Assembly (NCBI GenBank): GCA_001179505.1
Contig: CDMY01000227.1
Location: 186,001-250,000 of the forward strand
Length of the DNA stretch: 64,000 nt
Source: Vitrella brassicaformis CCMP3155
Taxonomy: Eukaryota > Protista > Chromerida
Reading direction: 5' to 3'
A program made the translations under genes and the position numbers. Positions 60,703 to 64,000 of this stretch are shown piece after piece. A model generated the notes under the pieces. It was not told the origin of the DNA, did no database searches, and saw nothing but the letters and a program-made list of their open reading frames with translations. Each line of letters begins with the position of its first letter. Position 1 is the first letter of the stretch.

Positions 60703-63700
60703 CCTGGTCGCATGAGTGGTACCTCTCCATCTTTTTTGAATCCCCCTATCCACAGCTCCTTGGGGGTCACGCTCTCCAGCCACGTCCAGCTGAAAACACA
60801 CACAGAGAGAGATAGAGATACACACACACATCCATGTGTGTGTGTGCGTACGGTGAGGTGAAGACGAGCAGTCCGCCCGGCTCCAACAACTGATGCACGG
60901 TCGTCAGGAACTTGCTAGGGTCAGGCAGACGACACTAACGGACACAAGACAAGACAAGACAAGAAACACACACCACAAAAGTGAGAGAAGCAAACATCCG
61001 CCCACCCACTCGTCCCGTCCCTCCACGTGTGCAGCGGTCCATACCAGCAGATTGCCCCCGAATATCAGGTGGAATTTGCCCCCCATCGCCTCAGCACTCG
61101 GCAGCGCCATCGCGTCCAGCCGGCGGAAGCTCACCCGGTCCGCTATGCTCTTGTCGGTCAGCCCCAGCTGGTCGAACGTCACCTCCCTCCGCTCTGTGAG
61201 CCGCCCCTCCGTGGCCACACGCCACTCCACCCGCCCCTCACGAACCACCTGGCTGCCTGCGGCCGCAAAGGCCTGCGAGTAGTCCGATCCAACGACCTGG
61301 TGGACACACACACAGACAGGGAGGGAGAAGTGATCAATGATGGGGCGTGTGTGTGGGGTGTGGGGCGGAGTCACCTGGTGGAAGTGCTTGGAGAGCTCCA
61401 TGGTGGCACGTCCCACCCCGCCGCCCACCTCCAGGCATCGTGTGTCGGTGAGCGGGACGACCAACGGGCCGTGCTGTCGGAAGAGCTGGCCGCAGAGGGC
61501 GGCGCAGCGGGCGGGGTAGTTGCTCACGCCGTTGAACACATCCTGATCGATCAACACATAGATCAACAAGGAGAATAATGCCTGCGGGATGATGTGTGTG
61601 TTGTTGCCTGCCCTTCCCGCGCAGCTGAGCTTACCGTGCTGAAGTGCATGTCTAGGTAGACGTTGACCATCTGCGGCGTCTCGTACATGCCCTCAGGGCC
61701 GCCCTGCTTCTCCTTCTCTGTCTCCAGCAGTGGCTCAGGGAGCACCACGCCCCCACCCGCCAGCTGGTCATCGTCTTGCTTGCGCCGCCAGTAGGTCAGC
61801 CGCACCCAGCCGACCTCCGTCTTGCGGGCGGTGTCCCGCACACAATACGGCAGCTCAGTGGCCGGCAGCTCCGCAACGGCGTCGAAGTGAGGCGAGAGGA
61901 GGGCCGTCAGCCCCTCCTCGATGCTCACCTGACGGCCGCTGGCCGAGAGATAGCCGCCAATGCACTCCTCTGTTTTGTGGGTGGGCGGTTTGCCCGTGTA
62001 GCCGATGACGAGGAGGCCACCGGGGTTGATGTGCTTGTGGATGGCCTGGAGGGCGGTTTTGGGTTTGCTGAGGGACTCGATGAAGCCAGGGGAGGCCATC
62101 ACAACCAGATCTGGTGGATGGATGGAGTCACAGGCAGACAGACATACGTGGTGTATGCGGGTGGCGGCTGTTGTGGTGTGTGGGTGTCTGTGGGTGGGTG
62201 TACCGTATTCGTTGAATTTGTTGATGTCCAGGTTGGCGACGTCGGCCTGGTGGAACTGAATCTTCCTGTGACACACACACACACACGCACAGAGAGAGAA
62301 AGAGAGAGAGAGCGATGGATATGGATGGATGGATGGATGGCCTCCTCCATCTCACACTCACTTGTGAGGATCGTCGATGGCCTGGTGGAAGGCGAAGTCC
62401 TTGGCGACGATCTCGGGCGGGTACTCGACTAGGTCGCCCTCCGTCTGTATGGCATAGCGGATGCGGCCGTTGGTCATGAACCGATCCGCCACTTGGAAGT
62501 ATCTGCACAGACAGCATACCACCCCCACCACACGCACATAGATGGGGCAGGGCACAATACAGATGGCCATTTGTGTGTGTGTGTGTACCGTGCGGTGAGG
62601 TCTGCCCCGTGGACGGTGTCGAAGAACTTGTGTGCCAGCTCGAACGTGGTGCGACCCGCGCCACAGCCAAACTCTGAGTTTCGATCCATCCATCCATCCA
62701 TCCATATGTGTGTGGCGTGACTGTTGGGGTTGACTGACCGAGGGCCTTGGACATGTGCAGCGGGATGCCGACCGCCTTGACCGCCGACACACACTCCCTG
62801 TGGGCAGGCACACACATCACATGAGGCAGATGATGGTGTTCTGCCTGAGTGACTGACTGCCTGACTGACGTACTCTGCGAGGAGCGTCGGAAAACTGTCT
62901 GCCTTGGTCCAGGGGTGGGGCTGGTAGTGGAAGGCGATGGTGTCGGCCGTCAGCTTGTCGGTCTCAAACGGACACACTGTCGTCTTGACGACGGCTGCCG
63001 ACTCCACATATCTGCATACTCGAACGCACCGCACCGTGAGTTTGTGTTGTGCGTTGCGTGTGTGATGGCCGGCGGTGTTTGCTTTCACTCACCTGATGCC
63101 AGCGTGTTGGTAGAAGTGTCGTCTGAATGCGTATCTCGAGTCGGTCGTGGCCTCGTTGCCGGTGGAGATCCAGGAGCCGCCCTTGATGAGGTTGTGCTTG
63201 CCGTCGATCGTAGGTGTCGTGAAATCCTGCTCATCGAGAGCGAAAAGCGTGTGTATTGGGTGGCTGCCTGCCTGGCTGCATGTGTGTGGGGCTGCTCACG
63301 TCGTAGAGGGGGTGCACGGCGAATCCGTCAAAGACGTCCACGGGCGTCTCGGTGTGCTGCCATACATTGCCAACCACATCGTATAGACCTGACACACCCA
63401 CACACACACGCACAGATGATGGAGATAATGCAGGTGAGTTCCTGCAGTGCAGCTCTCCCCCACCCCACCCCACGCACCGCTGTCAGTCTGCTTGAAGGTG
63501 CTGACGGGGCACGACGACGCCCAGTGCTCGAGGTTGACATTGCCGGGCGCCCTCTTCCAGTCGGGCTGGTCCTCACCGAGAGGCACCACCAGCCGCCGCA
63601 TCAAATGCCACTCCTCCTCGCTCGGCAGCCGAATCGGTGCGCCACTCATCTTGTGTGCTTTCCAGTTGCAGAAGGCCTTGGCCTCGAGGTTGTTGACCTC

Positions 63701-63911
63701 CACTGGCCAGTCCCACGGCATCTCGATCTCGCTCGTCAGACAACGCAGCCGCCAAGCAACACTGCATGAACAGAAGAGGAGTGATGTCTAGTTGGATGGC
63801 GGAAGGGTTTGTGGGGTGTGGGTAGTCTCACTTGGTGTGTGTGTCAGTTGGGGGTATCCAGAAGAGGGGCTTGGTCACCTGCATGTCCTGCACCCACTGC
63901 CAACCTTCCGC
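60340..63911 (-). CDS. ovoA: 5-histidylcysteine sulfoxide synthase OvoA (ovothiol biosynthesis), 3' part: FGE-sulfatase-like domain plus two tandem SAM methyltransferase domains. The 5' end lies beyond the window.
   Basis: EGWQWV...FW, MPWDWPVEVNNLEAKAFCNWK, RLPSEEEW, GLYDVVGNVWQ, HNLIKGGSWISTGNEA, RYAFRRHFYQHAGIRY. MTase-1 runs FETD...EFGCGAG...TYWRRK. MTase-2 runs YETP...LEVGGGVG...NLLCRLPDP...SPWTWLE...VPFVIRE...LTVWRFDG*. Confidence 0.92.
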
Positions 63912-64000
63912 CTGAACTCAGACACAGAAAGAAAGAGACAGGGGAGTGGGCTGGCTTTCTTGTGGGTGGTTGCCTGGCTTGCTGGCTGCTTACGGTCCAA

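Noticed and set aside
26561-63911. A sulfur/thiol biosynthetic gene cluster made of OvoA, P450-rhodanese and the DsbA-like gene
   Set aside because: The genes are 3-33 kb apart and interspersed with unrelated housekeeping genes. No PLP C-S lyase (OvoB) is present in the window. Co-location is most simply chance.
1-64000. CRISPR arrays, tRNA/rRNA genes, transposase or reverse-transcriptase ORFs
   Set aside because: None seen. The repeats are simple microsatellites or short coding duplications, with no repeat-spacer architecture or recognisable RNA-gene boxes.

Overview
This is gene-dense, intron-rich, GC-rich eukaryotic DNA. Introns are short, almost all GT-AG, and packed with (TG)n, (CAGA)n and (GATG)n microsatellites. 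The style and gene content are consistent with a chromerid-like alveolate such as Vitrella (inference). By stitching ORF fragments at splice sites I modelled about 19 spliced protein genes: a NIPA-type Mg transporter, a GPI-anchored surface protein, an F-box/Kelch protein, a GH16-SEA-TM receptor-like protein, a very large secreted helical protein, a P450-rhodanese fusion, a Sec14/CRAL-TRIO protein with a CaaX end, GST-GlnRS, a cyclin with a C8 zinc finger, a SatP/Ady2 transporter, a disordered unknown, a MEKK-like MAP3K, an LMW-PTP, a BTB-TLD protein, a Frag1/DRAM protein, a LITAF-like protein, a secreted kinase, a DsbA-like protein, and the 3' part of ovoA. There is one 300-N assembly gap. 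The strongest novelty candidates are: (1) an ovothiol synthase OvoA carrying two tandem, divergent methyltransferase domains; (2) a membrane-anchored cytochrome P450 lacking the I-helix Thr and fused in frame to a Cys-containing rhodanese; (3) a circularly permuted, Fibrobacter-type GH16 domain with an altered catalytic motif, displayed on a SEA-like type I membrane protein. All exon models are by eye, without transcript evidence, so boundaries are approximate.
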